Part shown: in pieces, positions 31,895 through 42,859 of the stretch
Layout of the letters: every line of letters starts with the position of its first letter
How positions within the stretch are numbered: position 1 is the stretch's first letter
From: an uncultured Acidobacteriota bacterium
Lineage (GTDB): Bacteria > Acidobacteriota > Blastocatellia > RBC074
DNA: 64,000 nt
Reading direction: 5' to 3'
Assembly: GCA_963796275.1 (NCBI GenBank)
Contig: CAWCKY010000002.1
Coordinates: 96,001-160,000, forward strand
Program-made: the position numbers and the translations under genes
The notes under the pieces: generated by a model
Databases searched by the model: none
Told to the model about the DNA's origin: nothing
The model's input: only the letters and a program-made list of their open reading frames with translations

Positions 31895-32522
31895 GCCAGA
31901 GGCCACTGTCTATGTGATCGATGACGATGCGGCGATTCGCGAGGCGCTCGGAAGCCTCATCCGCTCGGTGGGGCTCGGCGTCGAAACCTTCCCTTCGGCG
32001 CAGGAATTTCTCTCCAGCAATCGTCCGGAGAGATCCGGCTGCCTGATTCTTGATGTGCGGCTGCCGGGATTGAGCGGACTCGATCTGCAGAGCGGACTGA
32101 CCGAAGCAAACATCCACCTCCCGATCATCTTCATCACCGGCCATGGCGACATCCCGATGACGGTGCGGGCGATGAAAGCGGGGGCGGTGGAGTTTCTCAC
32201 CAAGCCCTTCCGCGATAAGGACCTGTTGGATGCCATCTCTCAGGCGATCGATCTCGACCGCCATCAGCGACAACAGCGAGGGGACCTGGCAGAGTTGCGC
32301 AGCCGGTACGACCACCTCACGTCGCGCGAGCGGGAGGTGATGGCGTTGGTCGTGACGGGGCTGCTCAATAAGCAGGTCGCTGCTGAACTCGGGACGAGCG
32401 AGATCACGGTCAAGCTCCATCGCCATCAGGTCATGCAAAAGATGCGGGCAGACTCGCTGGCAAAACTGGTCAGGATGGCCGAAAAACTGGGAATTCCCGC
32501 CACAAAGACGCAAGAGTCGTGA
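31887..32522 (+). CDS. FixJ/NodW/TodT-like response regulator (receiver + LuxR HTH)
   Basis: VIDDD, LDVRLPG, KPF, LTSREREV...LLNKQVA; overlaps the kinase stop. Confidence 0.95.
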   Translation: MTEPEATVYVIDDDAAIREALGSLIRSVGLGVETFPSAQEFLSSNRPERSGCLILDVRLPGLSGLDLQSGLTEANIHLPIIFITGHGDIPMTVRAMKAGAVEFLTKPFRDKDLLDAISQAIDLDRHQRQQRGDLAELRSRYDHLTSREREVMALVVTGLLNKQVAAELGTSEITVKLHRHQVMQKMRADSLAKLVRMAEKLGIPATKTQES

Positions 32523-32542
32523 AGGCGGCGACCACTATGGCG

Positions 32543-33643
32543 CTATTGCGTACCCTTTTTAAACTCGACTTTAAGCTCGACGAGCTCTTGAATCCGCTTG
32601 CGCATGGTATTCACATAAGACGCCACTTCGCTGTCACTAAAACCGCCAGCGCGGAACGCATCTGAAAGCTGCTCCACCGACAACCGGGCGAGCAGGCCTC
32701 CGATCCAGAGCGCATTTTCGACCGATACATTCTTGAGCAGCAACCGCCCTCGCGTTCGCCCGAGATAGAATTTGATCTGGCCGTTTCGATTCTCGGTGAT
32801 GAACTTCTCGCTAGCGTAAGCTTCCGGGTCTCCCTTCGCCTTTCGTTTACCGGGCCCGCGATCTGCCGGCACATCGCCCGTAAATGGAATTCCGCCGTAG
32901 CCAGACCTGGTTCGCCCTAATGTCGCTCCCAGGTCGGAGACATAGTAGATCAATCTCCCTTGCTCCTCCTCACTGCTGGGGCGCTCTACCTTATTATTCA
33001 GTTCTTTAAGGTCCCAGTTGTTGAGCAGGGCCATGAGCGTCTTCAGCCCCTCGAGCTCGCGCGTTCCTACGAAAGGGTTTGATTCCCACGACCAGTTCCC
33101 GATGGTCTTGTATCCGTCGTCTCGCCGTTGAAAGCGCACATTGTAGATGACCGGTTCCGAATAACCTTCGATGCGCGCATCTTTAATGAAATAGTCCTGG
33201 TTGGCGTGGTAACCGACGGCCCACGCGATCCGAGAGGCCACGGTCTCCGGCCCCGCCTCGGGCCCGAATTTCACCGTCCAGTTTCTACCTCGATCGTCCT
33301 TCACAATTATCTTCTTCTGCATACCGGTCGGCTGATCCCTAACATATATGAATTTGCTCACGGGATCGGGAGAACCGGTTTTTCCGCCGAGTCCATAGAA
33401 CAAATCCCGTTGCTCGATCTCTCCTGGATCTCGCCACAAAACCGGGGTGTTAGCGCCCACATCGACTTCACGCGGCTGTTCGTGGACCTCTCTCTTTTTA
33501 CTTTCGCCGGGTTTCTGATCCTTACCTCGTAGATTTGGTTCTGCATTCCGTTGCGTGGCAGTCTGTGCCTCGGCTATCGAAGACGAAATTGAGATAACCA
33601 GAAACGAGGCAATAACTGCTACCATCATTATTCGTTTCTTCAT
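32543..33643 (-). CDS. Secreted hypothetical protein with atypical kinase-like motifs
   Basis: Signal peptide; W.VKFG, E..ASR, NNWDLKELNN, SDLG. Confidence 0.7.
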   Translation of the reverse strand: MKKRIMMVAVIASFLVISISSSIAEAQTATQRNAEPNLRGKDQKPGESKKREVHEQPREVDVGANTPVLWRDPGEIEQRDLFYGLGGKTGSPDPVSKFIYVRDQPTGMQKKIIVKDDRGRNWTVKFGPEAGPETVASRIAWAVGYHANQDYFIKDARIEGYSEPVIYNVRFQRRDDGYKTIGNWSWESNPFVGTRELEGLKTLMALLNNWDLKELNNKVERPSSEEEQGRLIYYVSDLGATLGRTRSGYGGIPFTGDVPADRGPGKRKAKGDPEAYASEKFITENRNGQIKFYLGRTRGRLLLKNVSVENALWIGGLLARLSVEQLSDAFRAGGFSDSEVASYVNTMRKRIQELVELKVEFKKGTQ

Positions 33644-33665
33644 TGTTTTACTCCCCGCAATCGTT

Positions 33666-36600
33666 TCAGTCTCCCGCGGCCGGCTCAGTCGCTTTCGGCG
33701 CGGCTCCCGGAGCGCGCTTCTTCGCTGCGCCCGAGAGCTTCTCAATCACATAGAAGCTCACCGGGATAATGAAAATAGCGATCATCGTGGCGGCCAGCAT
33801 CCCGACGATCACGACTGTTCCCAGTATCCGCCTCCCCGCCGCGCCAGAACCCGACGCGATCCACAACGGCACGCATCCACCGATGAACGCGAACGAGGTC
33901 ATCAGGATTGGGCGCAGACGAACACGCGCTCCCTCGAGTGCTGCGTCCACCACGCTACGTCCCTTCTCCAACTCGACCTTGGCGAACTCGACAATCAGGA
34001 TCGCGTTCTTCGCCGAAAGGCCGATGAGCACGATCAGTCCGATCTGGGCATAGACGTTCAGTTCGTAGCCGCGCAGCAAGAGTCCGGCAAAGGCGCCAAG
34101 GACCGCAATCGGCACCGTCAGGAGCACCGAGAAAGGCAGCGACCAGCTCTCATAGAGTGCCGCCAGGATCAGGAAGACGAAGACCAGCGACAGGGCGAAC
34201 GACGTCATCGCGGCTCCTGAAGCCTGCCTCTCCTGATAAGAGAGATCAGCCCAGTCGAAGCCCATCTCGGGCGGCAGGACTTCTTTAGCGACTTCTTCTA
34301 GTGCGGCCATGGCTTGCCCGGAGCTGTAACCGGGCGCAGCTGTACCGATGATTTGGGCGGCGCGGAAGAGATTGAAACGGTTGGTGTATTCCGGGCCGCT
34401 TATGCTGCGTGTGGTCACCAGCGCCGAGAGCGGGACCATGTTGCCGTCGTTATTCCGCACATAGTAATTCCGGATGTCCTGATCGCTCCGGCGCTCTTCC
34501 CCTTCCGCCTGCAGGAAGACGCGCCATTGCCGGCCGAAGCGGTTGAACTGGTTCAGAAAGAGGCCGCCCAGAAATGCCTGCAGCGTTTGATATACGTCCG
34601 CTACGGCAACTCCCTGCTTCAGCACCTTGTCGCGATCCACTTCAGCGAAGATTTGCGGAACGTCGGAGGAGAACTGTGAAGTGACTCCGGCCAGCTCCGG
34701 ACGCTTGCGGCACGCGGCGAGGAAATTCTGCAGATTCTGGTCGAGGAATTCGACCGTCCCGCCACTGCGATCCTGCAGCCAGAACGAGAAACCACCCGCA
34801 CTGCCAAGTCCGGGAATCGAAGGCGGCATGAAAGCGAATGCGATCGCCTCCGGCACCTGGGAGGCCAGAGCCAGATTAACGCGATCAATAATCGCACGCG
34901 CTCCCAACTGCCGCTCGGTGCGCTCATCCCATGGCTTAAGAGCGACGAAGAAGAATCCCTGGTAAGTGGCGGATGTGCGAGTCAGCAGACTGAAGCCGCC
35001 AATCGTATTATAAGACTGCACTCCTTCGGTCTTACCGAGAATCCCCTCGATCTTTTTCAACACCTCATCTGTCCTCGACAGTGATGCCGCCGCTGGCAGC
35101 TGGACGTTGAGGAATGCGTAGCCGTAGTCTTCTTCGGGCAAAAAACCCGTCGGTAGCCGTCTTCCGATGAGGCCATCGGCAACGGCGAAAGCGGCGAGAA
35201 TCAGCATTCCCACAACCGCCTTGCGAATCAGGGCGTGGCTCCATTTGACATATCCGTGCGTCGCCTTCGCAAACACACGGTTGAAGGCGGCGAAGAAGCG
35301 GGCGAGAATGCCGCGCGATTCCTTCCGCGGCCTGAGCAGGAGCGCAGAGAGCGCGGGCGAGAGTGTCAGCGCGTTGAATGCGGAGATGAGCACGGAGATC
35401 GCAATCGTCACTGCGAACTGATTGTTAAGCCGGCCCTGGATGCCGCCCATAAACGCCACCGGCAGGAAGACCGAAGCGAGGATCAGCGCAATGCCGATCA
35501 CCGGCCCCGAGACCTCCTTCATCGCCTGGATCGTGGCCTCGCGCGGCGACATTCCCTCCTCGATGTGATGTTCGACCGCTTCTACGACCACAATCGCGTC
35601 ATCTACGACCAGACCGATCGCGAGCACCAGGCCGAAGAGCGACAACGTGTTGATCGAGAAACCCAACAATGGAAAGACGGCGAAGGTACCGATGAGCGAG
35701 ACCGGCACGGCAATCGCCGGGATAAGTGTAGCTCGCCAGTTCTGCAGGAAGAGGAAGACGACGATGATGACAAGTATCAGAGCCTCAATCAGCGTCTGGA
35801 CGATATCGCGGATTCCCTCGGTCACCGACAGCGTCGTGTCCAGGCTAATAACGTAATCGAGATCGGATGGAAACCGCCCCTTCAGCTCCGCAATCGTCTT
35901 TTTGACCCCGTCGGCGACCTCCAACGCATTTGAGCCTGGAACCTGAAAGACCGCGATGATCGCGCCGGGCTGGCCGTTTATGCGCGACGTCTGCTGATAG
36001 TTGAGGGCACCGAGCTCGATCCTGGCGACATCCTTCATCCGCACGACTGAGCCGTCCGGGTTGGAGCGGACGACGATCTGGCCGAACTCTTCCGGCGTCT
36101 GGAGCCGCCCCTGGGCGCGAACGGTATAGGTCTTCTCCATTTTCTCCGACACAGGCTCAGCCCCTACGCGACCACTGGGGTTGACGGTGCTCTGCTGCTG
36201 GACCGCATTGGCGAGGTCGGGAACCGCGAGACCGAGTTTGGAGAGCCGATCCGGCATAACCCAGATCCGCATCGCATAATCCGTAGCCCCAAAAAGAAGC
36301 ACCTGCCCGACGCCTGGGACTCGGTAGAGCGTGTCATTGATGTTGATATTGGCGTAGTTTGCCAGGAAGAGCGAGTCGTATGTCTTGTTTGGCGAGAAGA
36401 TCGAAATGACGAGCATCGGAATTCCCGTGGACTTGCGCAAACTGATCCCAAACTGGTTGACGTCGGTGGGCAGGTTCGGTTGCGCCTGCGCGATGCGGTT
36501 CTGGACGTTCACCTGATCGATGTTGACGTCGGTATCGATGCCGAACGTCACAGTCAACTGCATCGTCCCATCATTGGCGTTGGTCGACTGCATATAGAGC

Positions 36601-36827
36601 ATATTGTCCACGCCGTTCATCTGCTGTTCGATAGGAGTGGCGACCGATTGCTCGATAGTGACGGCATCTGCTCCCGTATAGGTAGTGGAAGCGATGATCT
36701 GGGGTGGTACGATCTCGGGGAACTGAGCCAACGGTAGACCGCGCATGGCGATGACACCGACGACGACAGTCAAAATGGCGATGACCATCGCGACGATCGG
36801 CCGATTAATGAAAAAGTTGGAAATCAT
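33666..36827 (-). CDS. RND multidrug efflux permease (HAE1/AcrB family)
   Basis: [37 protein letters not shown]. Confidence 0.96.
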   Translation of the reverse strand: MISNFFINRPIVAMVIAILTVVVGVIAMRGLPLAQFPEIVPPQIIASTTYTGADAVTIEQSVATPIEQQMNGVDNMLYMQSTNANDGTMQLTVTFGIDTDVNIDQVNVQNRIAQAQPNLPTDVNQFGISLRKSTGIPMLVISIFSPNKTYDSLFLANYANININDTLYRVPGVGQVLLFGATDYAMRIWVMPDRLSKLGLAVPDLANAVQQQSTVNPSGRVGAEPVSEKMEKTYTVRAQGRLQTPEEFGQIVVRSNPDGSVVRMKDVARIELGALNYQQTSRINGQPGAIIAVFQVPGSNALEVADGVKKTIAELKGRFPSDLDYVISLDTTLSVTEGIRDIVQTLIEALILVIIVVFLFLQNWRATLIPAIAVPVSLIGTFAVFPLLGFSINTLSLFGLVLAIGLVVDDAIVVVEAVEHHIEEGMSPREATIQAMKEVSGPVIGIALILASVFLPVAFMGGIQGRLNNQFAVTIAISVLISAFNALTLSPALSALLLRPRKESRGILARFFAAFNRVFAKATHGYVKWSHALIRKAVVGMLILAAFAVADGLIGRRLPTGFLPEEDYGYAFLNVQLPAAASLSRTDEVLKKIEGILGKTEGVQSYNTIGGFSLLTRTSATYQGFFFVALKPWDERTERQLGARAIIDRVNLALASQVPEAIAFAFMPPSIPGLGSAGGFSFWLQDRSGGTVEFLDQNLQNFLAACRKRPELAGVTSQFSSDVPQIFAEVDRDKVLKQGVAVADVYQTLQAFLGGLFLNQFNRFGRQWRVFLQAEGEERRSDQDIRNYYVRNNDGNMVPLSALVTTRSISGPEYTNRFNLFRAAQIIGTAAPGYSSGQAMAALEEVAKEVLPPEMGFDWADLSYQERQASGAAMTSFALSLVFVFLILAALYESWSLPFSVLLTVPIAVLGAFAGLLLRGYELNVYAQIGLIVLIGLSAKNAILIVEFAKVELEKGRSVVDAALEGARVRLRPILMTSFAFIGGCVPLWIASGSGAAGRRILGTVVIVGMLAATMIAIFIIPVSFYVIEKLSGAAKKRAPGAAPKATEPAAGD

Positions 36828-36842
36828 CGATAAATCCCTCTC

Positions 36843-38132
36843 CTATTGCGCCGGAGCTGTTGAGTCAAACGGTTTCGGGTCGACTATCCCGTCCGGTCTG
36901 ACATTTTGAGTGCCGTCCGCGACGACTCTTTCAGACGGATTCAGCCCTTTCTCAATAATCCACATTGCGCCGACGCGATTGCCGACCTTGACTGGTCGAA
37001 TGCTCACCTTGTTGTCACTGCCCACAACGGCGACCCGGTAGCTGCCCTGCAACTCAGTGACGGCCCGCTGCGGCACAAGTAACGCGTCTTCTCTTATGCT
37101 GGTTACCGCGCGGACTCGGCCATACTGGCCGGGGCGAAGAGTGTTCCCCGGGTTCGGGAAGAGTCCGGCAACTCTGATCGCTCCCGTCTGCTGATCGACT
37201 TGCCGGTCCGCCACGAAGAACCGCCCTTTCTGGGGATAAGTCGTGCCATCAACCAGGATCAGCTCCAGTTGAAGCCTGCTGCTTGCCGCGTCACGCTGGC
37301 TCTGCGTCGGATTGATTCTGGTGAAGTTGAGATAATCCTGTTCCGTTGGGGTGAAATAGACCTTGATCGGATCCACTGTTGAGACCGTGGTGAGAGCCCC
37401 GCTGGTAGGGCTGACCAGGTTGCCGACCTGAGCCTGGGCGATGCCGGCGATCCCGTCTATCAGAGAAGTGATGTTAGTGAAACTAAGGTTGAGCTGAGCA
37501 GTCTCCACCGCAGCATCGGCCGCGGCGACCGCGGCTTTGGCCGCAACGATTGCGGCTTTGGCCGTCTCGACTCCGGCGCTCGAAGCCTTGACCTGGGCCT
37601 GAGCAGCGAGATTGGCTTGGACGGCATTGTCGAGTTCCTGATCGGTGATCGCTTGCTGCCTGGCGAGCGGGGTGTAGCGATTTACATCGAGCTGAGTCTT
37701 GCCCTGATTCGCCTCGTCCTGTGCGAGTTGCGCCTGCGACCCCAGGAGTTGCCCATCAGCCTGTGTGAGCTGCGCTTGAGCTTTTGCCAGATCCCCTTTG
37801 ACTTGATCGAGCGTCGCCTGAAACGGCCTCGGATCGATCTCAAAGAGCAACTGGCCCTTCCTGACGAAAGAGCCTTCCCTGTAAACCTGTCTGAGCATGT
37901 AGCCTGAGACTTGTGCCCTGATCTCAGCGTTGACCATGCCGTCCATCGTCCCAATCCATTCGCTATAGATCGGGACATCCTTTTGCTCGACTTCGACTAC
38001 TTCGACTTCTGGCGCCGGCATCGCCTTCGCCGCGGGCTTGGTCTTTGAAACTCGGAGAGCGATGAACAGGGTGAGGCATGCCAGGCCAATTGAACCCACA
38101 ATGATCAGTTTGCGTTTCGAAAGTGATTTCAT
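36843..38132 (-). CDS. RND periplasmic adaptor subunit
   Basis: EIRAQVSG, LFEIDPRPF, long alpha-hairpin, LRPGQY, VPQRAV. Confidence 0.95.
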   Translation of the reverse strand: MKSLSKRKLIIVGSIGLACLTLFIALRVSKTKPAAKAMPAPEVEVVEVEQKDVPIYSEWIGTMDGMVNAEIRAQVSGYMLRQVYREGSFVRKGQLLFEIDPRPFQATLDQVKGDLAKAQAQLTQADGQLLGSQAQLAQDEANQGKTQLDVNRYTPLARQQAITDQELDNAVQANLAAQAQVKASSAGVETAKAAIVAAKAAVAAADAAVETAQLNLSFTNITSLIDGIAGIAQAQVGNLVSPTSGALTTVSTVDPIKVYFTPTEQDYLNFTRINPTQSQRDAASSRLQLELILVDGTTYPQKGRFFVADRQVDQQTGAIRVAGLFPNPGNTLRPGQYGRVRAVTSIREDALLVPQRAVTELQGSYRVAVVGSDNKVSIRPVKVGNRVGAMWIIEKGLNPSERVVADGTQNVRPDGIVDPKPFDSTAPAQ

Positions 38133-38159
38133 CTCCTTCTCCGATCTGTCTAGCCGGCG

Positions 38160-38223
38160 ACACTAACTCATACCGGCAGCCGGTATCTTTCACGCATTTG
38201 TTGGGTTCTTCTGGATTTTGCTC
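38160..38223 (-). promoter_or_regulatory. Shared operator-promoter copy 5 (RND operon)
   Basis: gaGCAAAAtccAGaagaacccaACAAATgcgtgaAAGAT, 19-bp gap, TAGTGT. Confidence 0.75.
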
Positions 38224-38279
38224 AATAAGCCGGACTGAAGCTGGAGGGTGAAATAAGTACCAATCCTATGTGCATTCGT

Positions 38280-39287
38280 TTAAGGCAATCTCTTTTTGGA
38301 GTCGAGGGCGAGAGACCCGAGGTTTAGATGGCCGTGTTCCAACATCTCTTTCAATATGCCTTCATCCGAAAGGTCGAGCTGGCGCGAGTTCTCCCAGTCC
38401 TGGTTGAATGTGCGCTCCAAAGTCTTGACGATGCTCTCGTCCGTTACCTCGATTCCCAGTTCGCGGCGCTCATCAAAGCTGCCCGGGGCGATATTCATAG
38501 AGCCAACGATTGCACGTTTACCGTCGGCCAGCATCATCTTGGCGTGGAGGTGTAATCCTTTCAGTCTGTGTATTTTGATCCCGACGTCGTCCATGAAGCG
38601 CAGCCCGTTTACGCCTTCGAAGAGTTTCTTCTCTTTGAGCGAATGAGGCGCGAGCGACATCACCCGCACGTGCACCCCGCGGCGTTTGGCGCGCACCAGA
38701 TGCTCGATAATAGTCATATCCTGATAGCGCTCGTTTTGCAGATACAAATAGTGTTTGGCCTTGTCGATCAGGCGCGCGATCCGCAGCCGGCCGTTGCTGG
38801 GACACCAGACGAGGCGGGCATTCTTCCCGCCATCGAACTGGGACCGATCCCAATCGGCGTTAAAGCAGTCGATCACCTCCTCCACCTCCTCCCTTATTGC
38901 AGTCGCCACGGCGTAGTCGCGCGTCTCAGTAAAGTTCTTGACCGCCCAGTTCATCGATTTGACGAAAGCCAATCTCCCGTCGACTACCATCGATTTCTCG
39001 TGACTGACAGGGAATTGCGGGGGCGTATCTCTGACTTCGACGCCGGCGGCAGTCAGCAATTTGATGGTATCGGCGTTATCCGACTCCCCATCGCGACGGG
39101 CGGGATTGAGCATGATTCTCGTCCTAACACCGCGCCGATGCACAGCAATCACCGCATTGATCAGAGCAGGCTCGGTGAAAAGAAACATTTTGACATCGAG
39201 TGAGCCCTGTGCGGATTCGATTGCCTCCGCGATCGGTCTTACCCCGTCCTCCGGTAGAACGATCAGTTTTCGTTCGGCAGTACTCAT
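38280..39287 (-). CDS. Phospholipase D superfamily protein (two HKD motifs)
   Basis: HEKSMVVDG and HAKMMLADG...GSMN; no TM segment. Confidence 0.9.
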   Translation of the reverse strand: MSTAERKLIVLPEDGVRPIAEAIESAQGSLDVKMFLFTEPALINAVIAVHRRGVRTRIMLNPARRDGESDNADTIKLLTAAGVEVRDTPPQFPVSHEKSMVVDGRLAFVKSMNWAVKNFTETRDYAVATAIREEVEEVIDCFNADWDRSQFDGGKNARLVWCPSNGRLRIARLIDKAKHYLYLQNERYQDMTIIEHLVRAKRRGVHVRVMSLAPHSLKEKKLFEGVNGLRFMDDVGIKIHRLKGLHLHAKMMLADGKRAIVGSMNIAPGSFDERRELGIEVTDESIVKTLERTFNQDWENSRQLDLSDEGILKEMLEHGHLNLGSLALDSKKRLP

Positions 39288-39567
39288 AATTCGAGATTAG
39301 CGGGAAATGCCAATCTATATTTTTCTTCTTCCAGGTTTCTCATTTCAACTACCTGGCTAATTAAATTACTTTGCAGACAATTATACAGTGATACCGTCAT
39401 AGAAGCGTGCGAGTTCGGAGCACGAGCTAAGGAAGGAAGGCAGCAGGTGTCTTACGTTTTGCGGAAGACTTCGGTTATTTGCCAGAAAAGTGATTATTTG
39501 CCCTTATTTATGCGGGGTATTCCCAACCCAAAACTGGCTTCCTTTTTGCGCCCGAGCCACCAGACCA

Positions 39568-39843
39568 AAATCACCGAGCGCAAGCGGGCCGAGGATGCGC
39601 TGCAGAAGGCGCAAGCCGAACTCGCGCACGTGACATGTGTCACGACAATGGGTGAGCTGACGTCTTCCATTGTCCACGCGGTCAACCAACCGCCCGCTGC
39701 GGTCACCACCAACGGGAACCTTTACCTGCGCTGGCTCGCGGGCGAACCGCCCAATCTCGATGAGGCATGAGTCTCTGCGGCGGATCATCCGAGATGGGAA
39801 TCGTGCCAGCGAAGTGATAACGCGGATTCGCTCGCTCGTCGTG
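39568..39843 (+). pseudogene. Decayed fragment of a NodV-like histidine kinase HisKA region
   Basis: ITERKRAEDALQKAQAELAHVT...VHAVNQP...PNLDEA* then ESLRRIIRDGNRASEVITRIR; paralogous to 31130-31400. Confidence 0.85.
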
Positions 39844-39848
39844 GGCGG

Positions 39849-40490
39849 CTACAGCGGGAGGCTCGTGCCGCTACTCGCGTTGAGTGTTGCGGCGAAGGTC
39901 AGGTACATGAGCCAGGCGCCTGTGGCGAGCCGGGAGAAGCCGACCGCCCGCTCTCCGAAGACGTTCACAGACCTCAGCCGCGCGTCGGGTTTGGGATGGC
40001 GCAAGAACAGCCCGGCGAAGAGCTCGCTGACATAGACGCAGGTGAGGCCGACGAAGAGCACCCCAACGGGCCAGTCACCGGCCTTGAAGAACACGACCAT
40101 CCCGAGCACCGAGATCACCGTGAATGCGATCGCCATGAACTCGTTCGGGCGCGGGTCGCCGCCTAGCGCTCTAGTCAGCCCCAGCGAGAACCAGTGCACC
40201 CCGTAGGCGGTGAACGCGAGCGCTGCCATATACAGCGCCGGAGCGCGGTAGGAGTGAAACCAGGCAAGACCGACCCAGAGGAAGACACCGGTCAGGAACT
40301 GCATGAAGCCGGGCATGCATATCCCCCAGATCCCGGTCGTGAGATCCACCGGCCGGCTGCGTTCCGGAAGCCCGAGGAACTCCTGAGCGCCGTAGATCAG
40401 ATAGCCGGTCCCGAGACCGAAGAAGCCGACAGCCAGCGGAACGAAGGCTGATTCCGGAAACGCGACCGTGGTCTGGGCAAGAATGATCAT
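39849..40490 (-). CDS. Six-TM membrane protein, SatP/GPR1/FUN34/YaaH- or AmiS/UreI-like channel
   Basis: GFMQFLTG and AFTAYGVHWF resemble SatP motifs; ATGA-coupled to the upstream oxidoreductase. Confidence 0.6.
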   Translation of the reverse strand: MIILAQTTVAFPESAFVPLAVGFFGLGTGYLIYGAQEFLGLPERSRPVDLTTGIWGICMPGFMQFLTGVFLWVGLAWFHSYRAPALYMAALAFTAYGVHWFSLGLTRALGGDPRPNEFMAIAFTVISVLGMVVFFKAGDWPVGVLFVGLTCVYVSELFAGLFLRHPKPDARLRSVNVFGERAVGFSRLATGAWLMYLTFAATLNASSGTSLPL

Positions 40491-42859
40491 TGGTCTGCTC
40501 CTTTCGTGCGAGCTGGTGTCACCTCGACGACCAGGTGCTTGGTGACCGGCTGCTCGCTCTGCGTGCTGAAGTCGGCGATGCCGCAGAGGACGTTCAACTC
40601 TGGCATGTAACCGGCTGTGCAGCCGGGCGGGATCTCATAGCGGACGGCGCGGTAACCGTATACGGTCCGCTGCGTCCCGTCTCGCGAGTAGCTCGTGATG
40701 TCGACGAGATCGAACTCGCCGAGGCCGCGGTTCTTCATGTCGTCATCGTTCATGAACACGACCGTGCGCAGGCCTTTCAGACCCCGGTAGCGGTCGTCGT
40801 TCGAGTAGATTGTGGTGTTGAACTGGTCGTGCGAGCGGACCGTCGTCAGCAGCAGCCGGCCCTCGCCCGGATCTACGTCTGCCGGTAGCGGCACCGCCGA
40901 GAACTCCGCCCGACCCGACGGAGTTTTGAAGACTCGCTCTCGTGCCGGCTGCGCGATCCGGAAGCCATGCGGATGGCGGGCACGGCGATTGAAGTCCTCG
41001 AAGCCCTCCAGCACACGCTCCATCGTGTCGCGGATCCGGTCGTAATTATTGACGTAGTCCTGCCATGGCGTCTTACTGTCCGGCAGCGTCGCCTGGGCCA
41101 TGGAGGTGAGGATCGCGCATTCCGAGCGCTGGTGCGGCGAGTCGGGCTCCTTCATCCCGTGGGAGATGTGCACCATCGATATCGCGTCCTCGACCGTCAC
41201 CCCCTGCTCGCCGCTCGCCTGGCGGTCTTTGTCGGTGCGAGCGAGGCATGGCAGGATCAGAGCGCGCTTGCCGTGCACGATGTGGCTGCGGTTGAGCTTC
41301 GTGCTCACCTGAACGGTCAACTCGCAATTCCTCAGCGCTTCAGCCGTGTAAGGAATGTCGGGCGTACAGAGCGCAAAGTTCCCCCCGAGCGCGACGAAGA
41401 CCTTCACGTCGCCGCGATGCATCGCCTCGATCGTCGCAACCGTGCCGAGCCCGCGCTCGCGCGGCGGGTCGATCCCGCAGACCTCGGCGAGACGGTCGAG
41501 AAATGCCGCGTCCGGATGATGGTTAACCCCACAGGTGCGGTTGCCTTGTACGTTGCTGTGGCCCCGGACTGGACACGGGCCCGCTCCCTCGCGCCCGATG
41601 TTGCCGCGCAGAAGCAGCACGTTGACGAACTCGCGTACCGTGTCGACGCCGTGTTCGTGCTGCGTGATGCCGAGGCACCGGGCCATGATCACGCGCTTCG
41701 ACGCCATGTATGAGTCCGCGAGCTTCCGGATGTCGGGCTCGGCGATGCCTGAGCCCTCGACCAGGTCGGACCACGGGGTGGACTCGACAAGCGCACGGTA
41801 CTCGTCGAAGCCATGCGTGTGGTATTCGATGAACTCTCGGTCGAGCACAGCCGGGTCTATCGCCGCCGCCTCGAAGACCGCCTTGGCGACGCCACGCATC
41901 AGCGCCATGTCGCCGCCAATCCGCACCTGAACATTCATCGTCCCGATCTCGGTCGTGTGGAAAGTGGCCATGTCGACGAACTCGTGCGGGACGATCGTTC
42001 GTCTCGAAGCCGCTTCGACCAGCGGGTTGATGTGGATGAGCTGCGCGCCGCGCCGGTCGGCCTCGGCGAGCCAGGTGAGCATCCGCGGCGCGGTCGTGGC
42101 GGCGTTGTCGCCCAGCAGCCAGATCGCGTCGGCGGCCGCCCAGTCGCGCATGTCGACGGTGCCCTTGCCACTCCCGAGTGCCGCCGTCAGCGCCCGGCCA
42201 CTGGCCTCGTGGCACATGTTCGAGCAGTCCGGCAGGTTGTTCGTGCCGAATTCGCGCACCCAGAGCTGGTAGAGGAAGGTCGCCTCGTTGCTAAGCCGCC
42301 CGGAGGTGTAGAACGAGGCCTGGTGCGGGCTCTCCAGAGCTCGCAGCGTGTCGCCTACCAATGCGAACGCGTCCTCCCAGGAGATCGGCTCGTATTTGTC
42401 GGTCGCGAGGTTGTAGCTCAGCGGCTCCGCGAGCCGTCCCACCGCCTCGAGGTCGTAGTCGCTCCACTCGGCCAGCTCGCTGACGGTATGGGCGGCAAAA
42501 AAGTCGCGGTCGGCCTTAGCATGCTCGAGTTCCCACGTGGCGTGCTTGACGCCGTTCTCGCAGATGTCGAGGCGGAGTCCGTCGGGGTCGTCTGGCCAGG
42601 CGCAACCCGGGCAGTCGAAGCCCCCGTTCTGGTGGTTCATCACGAAGAGCGAGCGCATGCCGTGCAGAGGCTCCCCCGCGCGCTGGAGTACGCTGGCCAC
42701 GCTGCGCGCAGCACCCCACCCGGCGGCAGGGTGGTGGTATTCGTGCCGCGAGTAGTCGCCGCTCGGTGCCGGGCCGCGGCCGAGCGCGGGTTCGCCCGGT
42801 ATTGCGCCGAGCATCCGCTGCTCCGCGTCGTGTGTCTTTTTCGATGGTGATGTCATCAT
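40487..42859 (-). CDS. FdhF/YdeP family molybdopterin oxidoreductase
   Basis: GFDCPGCAWPD, CENGVK, YTSGR, NNLPDCSNMCHE, RGHSNVQG, RSHDQFNTTIY. Confidence 0.95.
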   Translation of the reverse strand: MMTSPSKKTHDAEQRMLGAIPGEPALGRGPAPSGDYSRHEYHHPAAGWGAARSVASVLQRAGEPLHGMRSLFVMNHQNGGFDCPGCAWPDDPDGLRLDICENGVKHATWELEHAKADRDFFAAHTVSELAEWSDYDLEAVGRLAEPLSYNLATDKYEPISWEDAFALVGDTLRALESPHQASFYTSGRLSNEATFLYQLWVREFGTNNLPDCSNMCHEASGRALTAALGSGKGTVDMRDWAAADAIWLLGDNAATTAPRMLTWLAEADRRGAQLIHINPLVEAASRRTIVPHEFVDMATFHTTEIGTMNVQVRIGGDMALMRGVAKAVFEAAAIDPAVLDREFIEYHTHGFDEYRALVESTPWSDLVEGSGIAEPDIRKLADSYMASKRVIMARCLGITQHEHGVDTVREFVNVLLLRGNIGREGAGPCPVRGHSNVQGNRTCGVNHHPDAAFLDRLAEVCGIDPPRERGLGTVATIEAMHRGDVKVFVALGGNFALCTPDIPYTAEALRNCELTVQVSTKLNRSHIVHGKRALILPCLARTDKDRQASGEQGVTVEDAISMVHISHGMKEPDSPHQRSECAILTSMAQATLPDSKTPWQDYVNNYDRIRDTMERVLEGFEDFNRRARHPHGFRIAQPARERVFKTPSGRAEFSAVPLPADVDPGEGRLLLTTVRSHDQFNTTIYSNDDRYRGLKGLRTVVFMNDDDMKNRGLGEFDLVDITSYSRDGTQRTVYGYRAVRYEIPPGCTAGYMPELNVLCGIADFSTQSEQPVTKHLVVEVTPARTKGADQ

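Noticed and set aside
38280-39287. PLD nuclease of an anti-phage defence system
   Set aside because: Two-HKD architecture with no helicase, methylase or other defence partner adjacent
39446-39502. Possible ninth operator upstream of the PLD gene (TTTGC at ~20-bp spacing)
   Set aside because: Lacks the AG and AAGAY positions and a properly spaced -10
41813-42850. Long antisense or alternate-frame ORFs (e.g. 345 aa here, 313 aa at 58645-59586)
   Set aside because: Shadow ORFs of GC-rich genes with no recognisable motifs
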